Positions 52,931 to 64,000 of a stretch of DNA of 64,000 bases are shown one piece after another. Numbering within the stretch: the stretch's first letter is position 1; each line of letters begins with the position of its first letter. Origin of the DNA: Octopus sinensis (lineage: Eukaryota); contig NC_042997.1 of assembly GCF_006345805.1 (NCBI RefSeq), positions 197,408,001-197,472,000 of the forward strand, written 5' to 3'. The notes under the pieces were generated by a model. That model saw only the letters and a list, made by a program, of their open reading frames with translations, ran no database searches and had not been told where the DNA came from. A program made the translations under genes and the position numbers.

Positions 52931-53832
52931 GAGGTGCCTAAGCCTGAGCGCATGTCTGCGCATTTTTAGCCACGGCATCCCTAGCCCACCCTTCAGCGGC
53001 TTTTGGCAAAAGTTAGTCGGTGACGACACAACGAGTCCAGTCACATAGTGACGACTCAATCAGTTAGTCACTACAGTGACAACAAAGTCTGGCTGACAAG
53101 CTAGAACCTTGGTCAGAGGGAGAAATTAAGTTTACTGTCAGCAACTGTGAGACAACTCCCACTAGCTCCAATTCTGTTCTCTTACAACATCATTCTATCG
53201 CTATCTGCGGATTACTACTAACTATTCGTATACGCCAAACTATGCAAAGAAACATTTCACCGCATCTAACTTTCTTTCGCACGCTCTCGGATCTTATAAC
53301 CTGTCGGTCGAGGCAAGGTATTGTAACGTAACGGTAAATAAATGTTTCCTTAAAACTTCATGCATTGTTCATCCTTCACATCCTACAACATGCAATTATA
53401 ACAACAAATGTTTATCGTTACAACTGCTGACTCCAACCATTTCATATCATTGTGTACCTAATCAATCTTACCCGTTACAATTGGTAATTACATTAATTAA
53501 AACCTAACCGTAACAACTGGTGACACCGAACAAGATAATTGCAGCCTTCCCAAGAACTTCACCGTTACAAATTGGCGACCCCAACGTTGCACCATAACAG
53601 GCATTGTCACAAAAATAAAAACTTTATCGTTACAGTTATATAACAATTCCTTTTGCATTTTTGTAGATGGGTGCACATATACCATAAATAAATGCTGTTA
53701 CTGGAGTTTCAGTTTATCCTGGAAGTTCTATTTCTAGTGGATGATGTAAATAATCAATAAAGCCTTAAACATAAACTTGTAAGCCAGACCTTATGATGAG
53801 ACAAACGAATTGACATATTTAACTGAATCATC

Positions 53833-54332
53833 GGATCTTTTCGGTTTGAACGGCAGTTTTTTCTAGCGGTGTCATATGAAATTGTCACCCATAATTATGA
53901 CCCTAGTATCGATCTATTGCATTTCAATCAGTTTTAGGGTTAGGGTAAGGGAGGGGAGGGTATCTTTTTTTCTTCAGAAATGTAAATAAACCCAATCTGT
54001 TTCTTAAACGAGGGTCATTTTCATACACCACAGGGATCTTTTCTAAAAGATGGACAGAAGGGATCTTTAGAAAAGATCCAGAAGGGATCTTTTCGGTTTG
54101 AACGGCATCCCAGCACAGAATGTTTTCAACTCAATAGACGTCATTGATTGGTTGAAATTGCAGAAATTGAAGAAAAAAAACAACAAATATCTTACAAACT
54201 ATAGAACTTTCTCAATAAAGCCAAGAGAAAAAGATGTTTTAAGAACACATTCTACCAGTATACGAAGTTTAGAAGTGTTTAGTTACGTGGAAATTAATTT
54301 TTTTAAAACTGCCGTTCAAACCGAAAAGATCC
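53833..54332. mobile_element. MITE with GGATCTTTTCGGTTTGAACGGCAG TIRs
   Basis: Sister of 36113-36521 with an internal ~80-bp insertion of TIR fragments. Confidence 0.85.
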
Positions 54333-54744
54333 AAAATCAGCTCCAATGAACCGTCAGCGACCCAATGGGTCACGGGTACTCTTAGTAGATTTTAAAAATT
54401 ATCCACAAATGAACGATCACTAATATTGACGTGTCAGCTGTTGGCAGTCATAGCTTTTCGAAGCAACTGGTTTAATCAAATAAAACTAACTATTCTTTAT
54501 CAAAACTAAATGACTGAATAAAGAAATAATATGGAGAGCTTCTTACAATGTGTAGAGTTAAGGGGTTTCTTGATTTCTTTATATATTACTAAAAAATCGA
54601 TAATTTTCTTTTTCTTTGCATTGTAAGGCACTCAACCTCCGCATTTTTTCTTTGTAATGTCTGTCCTTGTGTATAACTAGCATATTTTAACCAGCGTATT
54701 AATCAGGGCGTGAGTCACGACGTCTTGTGTAGGTATTAATAAGG

Positions 54745-55065
54745 AGAGATGCATTCGTGGAAATCGAGAGAGAAAGAGGATATACGTAAGATGAGCGAGA
54801 AAACGAGAAAGAAGTATCGCGAAAGTGGAGAGAGAAAGAGGGTAGCATTCGGAGAAACGAGAGAGACTGAGAGAGAGAGAGAGAGGGTTGCATTGGGGGG
54901 AAATGAGAGCGAGCGAGGTAGATAGATAGAGAGAGAGGGGAGAGAATAAGAGAGAGACGGGACAAAATGGAAAGCATATGTAGAAATGAGGATATACAGA
55001 GTGAGAGATAGAGAGTGGGGGGAAAGCATTGGTGGGTGGTAAGAAATGAGAAGAAATACAGGAAG

Positions 55066-55100
<35 letters not shown>

Positions 55101-55190
55101 AGAAAGAGAAGAAAGCTAGAGACGAGGAAAGAGAAAGCATTCGCGGATATGAGGAGAGAGGGAGGGAAAGGCATAGAGGGAGGGAAAAAA
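54745..55190 (+). repeat. GA-rich polypurine tract
   Basis: (GA)n and A/G-rich sequence upstream of the death-domain gene. Confidence 0.8.
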
Positions 55191-55362
55191 ACCAATATTA
55201 GAAAATACTGAGTGACTGATGTGTCGTATTGTCATTATCGAATGAATTACAGCTTCACGACAGGAAACTTCTGATTGGTTGATCGTTACCTAGACCAAGG
55301 GCGTTACTTAACGTTGTCACATTCACATATGTCCTGTGACGACGATCCATTCGAAGAAGTTG

Positions 55363-55542
55363 GTAAGATGCTTTGTAGATTTTATCTTAAGTTTTCCCTC
55401 TGTGTCTCAGATGAACTCCCACTTCTGAAATGTCGGGTTTTCTAATTTCCCCGCAACATTATACGAACTTTATTCACAATGACAAACTTCACCGCTTTCA
55501 GTGCCCGTTTGATCGCTTACTAAAGCTTGTTATATTTAATAG
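55363..55542 (+). other. Probable 5'UTR intron of the death-domain gene
   Basis: Donor G|GTAAGA at 55363, branch-like TTACTAA near 55518, acceptor TTTAATAG ending at 55542, 8 nt before the ATG. Inverted CCAAT (GATTGG) near 55273. Confidence 0.5.
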
Positions 55543-55550
55543 TTACGAAA

Positions 55551-56693
55551 ATGGCTAGTGCTACTAACACTGATGTAGAAGTGGAAGAGATAAACAGAAG
55601 CTCGGATCTTTCGGAAAGCGTGGATGAGAATATTATATTCTTTAGCGATGATCTATTTTTGTCGATCGTCGAGGCAATCGTTGATATAGAAGATATCCAA
55701 TCACTCTGTTTTCGTTTAAACATATCTCATACCGTATTTGAACATTACAAACAAACACACGGTGATTTATTTGAATTAGGTGTTAATATTCTCCGTTTGT
55801 GGCGAGAGGTAAACAATTTAGGTGATTTTGAAAGCTGTCGACTGCTACAGAAAAACCTCAACGAACTCGGACACCGTTTTAAAAGTTCTGAACTAATATC
55901 ATCTTTCATTCAATGGTGCACTACTAAGATGTGTTGTTGCGATCGTGTTCATGATCATGCATTGGCAACGATAAATCAATTTCAAAAACGAAACCAAGTG
56001 TTGATGACTGATGTACAGAGAAAATTTAACATCTGGTGCGATGACTTAGATCTGGAACAAAATAGCACCTACATGGCTCTGTTTCTTCAACTTTATAAAA
56101 CTGATTTTGGAACAGAAGAAAGGCATTTTTCTAGAATGGTATTTAACATAAATAAAAGTTTGGATCATCATTTACCACGTGATGCTTTCTTTTCGCCTTA
56201 CGGTTCCACCCATGTCGCAAGTTGTGTTTTAAAGAAATTTACTATCATCCCGAAATCAGTCACTTCGTTTTTACACGAGAGAAGGTTGATGTCAATGAGT
56301 GACTATTTCTCTGATATGTCAACAGTGAGTGAGTTTGGTATTCATTTAAATATTCCGCCTTCTAAATTACGGTCCATTTATGAAAATAATAAACATTCTG
56401 TCAAACTGGCTGCCTATTATGTACTGCATACCTGGAAACAAAATTGGTCGTGCTTAAAAGAAGAACGTTACGTCTATGAAGTCGCAAATGCTTTAAATGA
56501 AATTCATAATACAGAGCTTTCAGAAAAAATCTTAGAGGATTACCGAGCGTGGAAGCTGCAGCCTGTTCCAACTAAATTTTATCATATGGCAATTGCGAAA
56601 AGAAAAATTTCTAATTTGGGACAAAATTCGGTTCAAAATAGTGCATCATCTCCGATTAAGATCTCCAAAGCACTGCTGCCTCCCAATGGATGA
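55551..56693 (+). CDS. Uninterrupted 380-aa ORF with two predicted death domains
   Basis: ATG in AAAATGG context and 381 codons of complex sequence. N-terminal block FSDDLFLSIV...LCFRLNIS...ILRLWRE...LQKNLNELGH and C-terminal block ...FGIHLNIPPSKLRSIYENN...AYYVLHTWKQ...VANALNEIHNTELSEKI both fit the death-domain pattern (L-x-I, L-x-x-W, L-x-x-A-L). Domain call made by eye. Confidence 0.8.
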   Translation: MASATNTDVEVEEINRSSDLSESVDENIIFFSDDLFLSIVEAIVDIEDIQSLCFRLNISHTVFEHYKQTHGDLFELGVNILRLWREVNNLGDFESCRLLQKNLNELGHRFKSSELISSFIQWCTTKMCCCDRVHDHALATINQFQKRNQVLMTDVQRKFNIWCDDLDLEQNSTYMALFLQLYKTDFGTEERHFSRMVFNINKSLDHHLPRDAFFSPYGSTHVASCVLKKFTIIPKSVTSFLHERRLMSMSDYFSDMSTVSEFGIHLNIPPSKLRSIYENNKHSVKLAAYYVLHTWKQNWSCLKEERYVYEVANALNEIHNTELSEKILEDYRAWKLQPVPTKFYHMAIAKRKISNLGQNSVQNSASSPIKISKALLPPNG

Positions 56694-58029
56694 TTATAAT
56701 TAAAGTAAAATGCAATGGTTAAAAAGGTGCAGAGTTTTCTTCAGAACTAAAATGAAGACTTGAGCTTATTCATGGGATATTTTACACAGAGATGACTTTC
56801 AAGAGATTTTACTCAAAAAGGTGAAAGTTATGGTAATTCTCTCTCTCTCTTTTTTTTTTAAAAACTTTTAAAGTTGAATTTAACAGATTCTTTACCTCAC
56901 TTCAGAAAACTTTTTTTTTAACTAAGGGTGCCAGGCTGCTGTTTACATTTTTATTTTCTCGCACCCTTCCTTCTATGTGGGCTGTGTATAGGCACACTAC
57001 ACATGCTATTTAAAAAAAAAAAAAACTGGCTATACTGGTGTAGGGCTGTGATGAAACATTGACTATGTTCAGGAGCACGATGTGGAAAGTTGATTTTGAA
57101 TCGATTCTTTTGAGAGTTTCTTTCTGTTGTCTTCTCTCTCTCTCCATTTCCTTTTCAAAGCATCTATAATTTATAATTTCATTTGTTATTTTCTTCGTGT
57201 GATATGCCAAACATTGTTTGAAATTGTTAGGAAAAAGAAAAGAAATCTTTTCGCGCTCTTGCAATAACTGAAAACTTAAGATTATGTCATTCTTTTAATA
57301 CCATGTTGATCATTCTATTAATACCATTCATTATAGCGGGTTACTTTTTATAGTCACCAGTGTTTCTATAACAGTTATAGTAGTTGAAATAATTGTTATT
57401 TTAAGGATGCTTATTTTACACTCATTTACGAGTGTATATATCTATTGTCTTGGGTGTAAGTTTATATTGATAAAGCCGTCCCTTAACTTGTAAAGGATAT
57501 CAATAAGTATTACCTCCCAAGTTAAAATGTACGTCATGTTAGCATAAGTCTTGTACAAACGCTAATGTACACATATACCTCTTATGAAAATGTATGTTGA
57601 AGATCGTAATACCATGTTGTCTATTTCTGAAACAAACGTCCACTGCTCGAAAACGATACTTTAATTTATTTTTCTGTTAAATATAATCGCATATGATCAC
57701 ACAAACGTTCTCAATAATAATGATGATGATTTCATTTATTTGCAACAAGTGCGAAAATAATTTCTTTATTAACTACAAGGATTTACATTAAGAAAAACAA
57801 AAACATTATGGACAACACAGAATAGATCAATGAGTATGTGGATCTGTGTGAGGCCAGAGACTTTTGGAAATTATCCATCTGTCCCAGGCACTAATCCTCT
57901 ATAAAAAGCTAAAGTGGGACGTTCCATCTGCTGCAGTGTTCGAGGGCTGTGAGCGTATAATCCTGTCTATTATAGGCACAAGGCCTGAAATTTTTGGTGG
58001 CGGGATCTAGTCGATTAGAATCGTTCGCA

Positions 58030-58455
58030 CGCTGACAAAATACTTAGCGGTATTTCGTCCGTCTTTACGTTCTGAGTTCAAATTCCGCCGAGGTCGACTT
58101 TGCCTTTCATCCTTTCCGGGTCGATTAAATAAGTACCAGTTACGCACTGGGGTCGATGTAATCGACTTAATCCGTTTGTCTGTCCTTGTTTGTCCTCTCT
58201 GTGTTTAGCCCCTTGTGGGTAGTAAAGAAATAGGTATTTCATCCGTCTTTACGCTCTGAGGTCGACTTTGCCTTTCATCCTTTCCGGGTCGATAAATTAA
58301 GTACCAGTTACGCACTGGGGTCGATATAGTCGACTTAATCCGTTTGTCTGTCCTTGTTTGTCCTCTCTGTGGGTAGTAAAGAAATAGAAATAGGTATTTC
58401 GTCCCTCTTTATGTTCTGAGTTCAAACGCCGCTGAGGTCGACTTTGCCTTTCTTT
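58030..58455 (+). mobile_element. Nin-domain-like SINE, about 2.5 tandem units
   Basis: Repeated GAGGTCGACTTTGCCTTTCATCCTTTCCGGGTCGAT..A..AAGTACCAG motif, with B-box GAGTTCAAAT. Confidence 0.65.
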
Positions 58456-59169
58456 CGAAAGAGGTGGGGGTGGGGATAATTATTTTGTTTTGTTTTAATT
58501 TTTCATATTCGTAATCTCCGACATCTGAAACGTAGGAATCCGAAAATATATTTTCAAAAAATGCATTTTTCAAGGAGAGGTGCGAAACTGCATTAGCCCC
58601 AGAATGCTTATTAATAATGAAGATTAACATTTTCAAAACATTAATAGTTGCAAGTTGTAGCCCTGCGTGGGTCTTCCTCCATGGTTCTTGTTTGCTCAAT
58701 GCCTTTTGCATGAAAGCAGACAGAAACTGTGCAAAGCTCATCGCGCCTTCGTCCAGATATATTTACAGTTTATCAAGGTGTATCCCTTTATGCTAAAACA
58801 TTAACTTAGTAATTCAATAAATAGCGATTAATGAAACTTCTGAACTATCATTGTATGCTTCCGTCCTTAAGACAGGCCCTCATGCATTCACGTGAAGTTT
58901 TAGTCCTTCACCAGTTTCATTTGGAAAAGAATGGCTACGTGTTGGATTCTTCGATTAACTGGCATTCTTTCGATAAAGGTAGAATGATAATGAAAATGTT
59001 TGTTCAGCAATTTCCGTAAAAGATTTTATTTCTTTCGTTTTTTTTTCCCGCCTCAATTGCTTTATCTAGTACAGAGAAGTGACAGGCTGATGAGAGCGGG
59101 TTGCTATGCTATCGTGACCATGTTGCCTGATATACACCAACATCTTTGAATTGTTTATGTATTCTAGTG

Positions 59170-59977
59170 TTTTGACCTACAGATTTTTAAAATAATTTTT
59201 TTGTAACTAAACACTTTCAAACTTCGGACACTGGTAGAATGTGTCATATAAAACATCTTTTACTCTTAGCATATTTGAGAAAATTCTGTATTTTGGAAGT
59301 TATTTCTTGTTAAAGTTGTCATATTTCGGTAATTTCAACCAATCAATAACGTGTATTCAACTGAATAAAATTACTGCTGTTGTTTGTCACAACAACTTCC
59401 GGTGGTGCATATTTCGTTTGTCACTGTAATTTATGATATATTTAATCTCAGTTACGTTTGTATGAGTAAATGAGTGTATCTGAAGCATGTTTACTTCATG
59501 GCACCACCATAATCGTTCGTGCATTTCTACTGCTTTTAGTTCTATTTTTTTCCCTGTTTTTCAGCTATTTTCAGAAAGACTTTTTGTCCTACCCCTCCAA
59601 TTTCTTCATTTTTCATTTTTTCCATAACTCTAACTCTAAAACCCAAACCCTAACCTTAAAACCTTAACCCTAACACCAGTACAAACACACGAACGATGTC
59701 ATAAATAACAGTGACAAACGAAAAATACACTGCTGATAATTGTTGTTGACAAACAACAGCAGTAATTTTATTCAGCTGAATGCACGTCATTGATTGGTTG
59801 AAATTACTGAAATACGACAACTTTAACACGAAATAACTCCGAAAATAGAAACTTTTCTCAAAAGCGCTTAAGAGTAAAAGATGTATTATATGACACATTC
59901 TACCAGTATGCGAAGTTTGAAAGTGTTTTGTTACAAAAAATTATTTTCTAAATCTGCCGGTCAAAAGGTAAAGACCC
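59170..59977. mobile_element. Older long-TIR MITE of the same superfamily, with internal telomere-like repeats
   Basis: About 270-bp diverged inverted arms, right end AAAGACCC, shared AACTTCG.A.ACTGGTAGAATGTGTC motif, CCCTAA-like run at 59630-59672. Confidence 0.75.
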
Positions 59978-60609
59978 CAGTTTTGTATAGTGAGCTGAAA
60001 AATAAAACTTTTAAATCCAGCTATTACTGTACTATGTTTATGATTTGTTGTGTATACATGTGTATTTGTGTATGTAAGTATATCTGTGTTTATGTGCATG
60101 TATGTACATTTGTGTATGTGTACATACATATATATAGTACTTACACAAATATATATACAGTCATACACACAAATACATAATACATATACAAAAAAAAAAT
60201 AAAGATAAGCAATTCAACTGAAAAAAAATTAAAGAAATAAAAAGTTTTATGGAAGTTGCTGAAGAAATACTTTCATTATTCCACTACCATTATCAAAAGA
60301 ATACCTGACAATGTTAGATTTTTTAATTCTAGGTACAATTCAGGGTAAGAGACAGAAAACTCGATCGAAAGAAATGAAAGGCTAAGTTGGTCTCAGAAGG
60401 ATTTGAACTCAGGGAACCTGGGTGAAAAATGCAAGCTATTGTGTCCAACATTCTAACGTTCCTGCCATTTTGCCACCTTTTTGGATATAAAAATCTGGCA
60501 ATATTCTTTCCCTCTCTTAGCTTGTCTGTGTATTGCTAACTGTTACGGGTATTTAGCTATTTCTTGTCCGAATATTGTGAAAAACAACATATACAATAGA
60601 ATTGTCTGT

Positions 60610-61640
60610 TTGTTCACTCACGTTTTTCATCTAGCTGAATGAAAAACCATTTTGCTTGATTACAAGCACATATATTACTTTCAGTATTTTCTCAATAAAC
60701 ATTTTTCCGTCCACACTATACGTGGACCAAACGAGTAACTTAAATGCATGAGCCAAAACATGACACTCTTTTTTACAACCTAAATCACTCAAGTAACTTA
60801 AAAATAATCAAATGCATAATACTTTTATAACAATATGTTTTATTTGATTATGGAGATGTACTTGCATAGCAAGTGACCTGATCTGAGATCGTGTGCTGGA
60901 ACGAAAACAATTGCAGCATGGAAGGTGTTTATAAGCCATTTAAGAAACACACAAAAACTCCATGCTGCATGGAGTTTTGTCAGAGAACAACAGGCCGCGG
61001 TCTCAAAGCGACGAAAATATTTTGACAAATTAAACTTAAATGTTGAAGTGAATCTAACGGTTTTTGTGTTTCTTAAATGGCTTATAAACACCTTCCATGC
61101 TGCAACTGTTTATTTTATTTAAATCTTGCTTATATTATGTTGTAATTTGAAAAAAAAACATTTTATTTATCTATATATGCACTATTTATCTATATATGCA
61201 CTGTCCATAAACTTTGTAAGTACTTATGTTGATTTAGTCATGTGAATTTCAACTTCACTTACACTGGAAGAATTCCGTAATCTGGAAGCATTTTTCAAAA
61301 TAAATAAAAACCACAAACATGGTTATGACTCTGTTATTTTTTTTACCTTCCTTAATGAATATTTTTGCTCTTTATTGTAGCTTGTTCAAAATAAATATGT
61401 TAAATTCTTTAATCCTGCCTTCTTCAAATTCCATGTGGATGTTGAATAATATTACTCACGATAATGTCAGTGAACATTTGTTAAAAAGAATAACAGCAGA
61501 CAGAGAGAAATGAAGTGATTCCACTTAAAAGGACAAATGCAACATTCCCAAAGACTCGGATCAAAATTTATATAGTTTGCCAAAAATCAAAATTTCTTTG
61601 GGTGTGCATCTTTTGAATATCATAAATTTTGATTCTGCAA
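60610..61640 (-). pseudogene. Paralogous gene-like segment, copy 3 (micro-exon 61263-61281)
   Basis: Acceptor TTTATTTGCAG near 61636, donor AAG|GTAAAA near 61347, TTCCAG|19 nt|GTAAGT, acceptor TTTAG near 60780. In-frame stops present. Confidence 0.5.
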
Positions 61641-61821
61641 ATAAAAAAAAATTTTAAAAAAAGAGAGAAAAGAAAAGAGAATTGGTACAAGGTGATTCCT
61701 CTCCTTTTCTGGAATCTTTTTAGCTTTAACACCTTTGGGAATTTTTTAATTTTTTATTTTGTTGTATGTCAGGAGCGTCATATATGTTATATTTTTGAAG
61801 AATCATAATCTCTAATAGATT

Positions 61822-62535
61822 TGCCAGCCTCGTCTGTCACATAAAAAGCACCCACTACACTCACGGAGTGGTTGGCGTTAGGAAGGGCATCCAGCTGTAG
61901 AAACACTGCCAGGTCAGACTGGGCCTGGTGCAGCCTTCTGGCTTCCTAGACCCCAGTTGAACCATCCAACCCATGCTAGCATGGAAAGCAGACGCTAAAC
62001 AATGATGATGATGATATTTGAATACAAATTTTCACTGAAAATCAGAAGAATTCCTCATTCCCTACCCACACTTTTCTCTTAAGTATCATACTCTGTGATG
62101 CTTATAATTTCTGGCCTTATTCTTTAAGAATATGGGTGACTGCCTATATAACCACTGGTTTGATTCCCCTTTACAGAACTTTTATTAAATCAAGTCACTG
62201 CGGTAATGACGTCCTATAGTTATTCTTTCTACTCGTCATCATCGTTTAACATCCGCTTTCTATGCTAGCATGGGTTCAATGATTTGACTGAGGGCTGTCG
62301 AGCCAGATGGCTGTACCAGGCTCCAATCTTGATCTGGCAGAGTTTCTACAGCTGGATGCTCTTCCTAACGCCAACCACTCCGAGAGTGTAGTGGGTGCTT
62401 TTTACGTACCACCGGAACGGGGGCCACTCAGGCGGTACTGGCAATGACTTCGCTCGAATCTTTTTACAGGTGCCAGTGAAGCGACGTTGGTAACGATCAC
62501 GCTTGAATGGTGCCCTTTTATGTACCACGGGTACG
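61822..62535. mobile_element. Convergent RTE 3' tails (plus 61822-62015; minus 62235-62535)
   Basis: Family matches with (GAT)n tails. Confidence 0.8.
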
Positions 62536-63084
62536 GAGGGTGCCTACTATAGGCACAAAACATTGTGACGTTCTATAATTAAGATAAAAATAACCTTATT
62601 AAAAAAATGAGCATGTTTTTCCTATAGAAAAAGAATAATTTCCTTAAATATTGAATAACATAAGTGCTATATTCTCTTATTCACTTCCAGCTATTTTGGT
62701 TGATTTCCAAGTAAATGAAAAAACATATTTTCTAAATTTTATTTCTAAAGGTCCACTCTGGATCTTTTAGTCCAATATCTAAAATCTACCAAAAACCATA
62801 ACAAAAAGGGATGCAACAAGAATGGAAAATAGCAAGCAGTACATATGATCTGCCTCAGAATCTTTGATTTCTTTTCTTTCTTAGATGTCCTCTGTGTTCA
62901 AATACACACATATTCATGTGTCAAAATCAAATCCTTTATTTATAGTTATCACTTTGATAGGTGTTGGCTTTCAGTTATATTCATTTTGTTGTGGCACTTC
63001 TATGCCTGTCTTTGACACCTTGATTACTGTATTAATTTGTTTAGTTTGAGACTCATTTTTTTAAGGTAAAATAAGAAATTCAGA

Positions 63085-63487
63085 GGCGCAGGAGTGGCTG
63101 TGTGGTAAGTAGCTTGCTTACCAACCACATGGTTCCAGGTTCAGTCCCACTGCGTGGCATCTTGGGCAAATGTCTTCTACTATAGCCTCGGGCCGATCAA
63201 AGCCTTGTGAGTGGATTTGGTAGACGGAAACTGAAAGAAGCCTGTCGTAAATATGCATATATATGTGTGTGTGTGTTTGTGTCTGTGTCTGTGTTTGTCC
63301 CCCTAGCATTGCTTGACAACTGATGCTGGTGTGTTTATGTCCCCGTAACTTAGCGGTTCAGCAAAAGAGACCGATAGAATAAGTACTGGGCTTACAAAGA
63401 ATTAGTCCTGGGGTCGATTTGCTCGACTAAAGGCAGTGCTCCAGCATGGCCGCAGTCAAATGACTGAAACAAGTAAAAGAGTAAAGA
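63085..63487 (+). mobile_element. tRNA-derived SINE family A
   Basis: Full family A copy; another begins at 63931. Confidence 0.9.
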
Positions 63488-64000
63488 GTAAGAGTTCACC
63501 AGGACTCAGTTCTCAGTACCCATCTATTTACATTGTCTTCCAGGCTATAACAAAGGAATTTAAGGTTACCTTTGAGAACTATTTTATGCTAACCCCATTC
63601 TCATGGGAAAATCTGTAGAAGGTTTAGAAAAATTCCAGATGTGGGAACAAAACCTGGAATCAAAGGGTCTTAAAGTTAACTTAGGAAAGACCTATGTTCT
63701 AGTAAGCAAGAAAATAGACAGAACTCTACTCCCATCTTCATAACTCAGGGGTCCAGCAAAAGAGACTATTAGAATAAGTACCAGACTTGTAAAAGAAATG
63801 CTGGGATCAATTCATTCAATTAAGAATTCAAGGCAGTGCCCCAGCATGGTCAGAGTCTAATGATTGAAACAAGTAAAAGATAATGCAAACTTGAGTAAGT
63901 GTCTGTCATAGAGTAAAATTACCTTACATAGGCACAGGAGTGGCTGTGTGATAAGTAGCTTGCTAACCAACCACATGATTCTGGGTTCAGTCCCACTGTG

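Noticed and set aside
54677-55195. Leu/Ser/Phe-rich membrane-like ORFs
   Set aside because: They are translations of the (TC)n strand of a GA-rich tract.
55527-55550. TTG start giving 388 aa
   Set aside because: Eukaryotic context; the region overlaps a splice acceptor, and the ATG at 55551 has good Kozak context.
58409-59019. ORFs of 110 aa (minus) and 62 aa (plus)
   Set aside because: Complex sequence, but no recognisable motif and stops bound every frame; a gene call cannot be supported.

Overview
AT-rich, repeat-dense eukaryotic genomic DNA, most likely from an octopus (coleoid cephalopod); this is inferred from the SINE, RTE and microsatellite landscape. Most of the ORF track is noise from (TA)n/(TG)n microsatellites and repeats. 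Supported genic features are: (1) coding exon 1 of ACIN1/Acinus (SAP domain, minus strand, 32373-32510), whose first intron appears to span the left half of the window; (2) a full-length but mutated U6 snRNA copy (35262-35367, minus) abutting the head of a tRNA-SINE; (3) an uninterrupted 380-aa ORF with two predicted death domains (55551-56693, plus) and a probable 5'UTR intron; and (4) three diverged paralogous minus-strand segments (about 39.2 kb, 40.9 kb and 61.3 kb) that keep splice signals around a 19-nt micro-exon, probably an unannotated (pseudo)gene family. The rest is mobile DNA: many tRNA-SINEs, RTE LINE fragments and their structured 3' UTRs, CR1, Tx1/L1, HERO and Gypsy fragments, non-autonomous Helitrons, a GGATCTTT-terminus MITE family, Penelope-like pieces with hammerhead ribozyme motifs, long hairpins, and two near-identical kb-scale tandem duplications bounded by (TA)n. 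Repeat boundaries are read by eye and are approximate.
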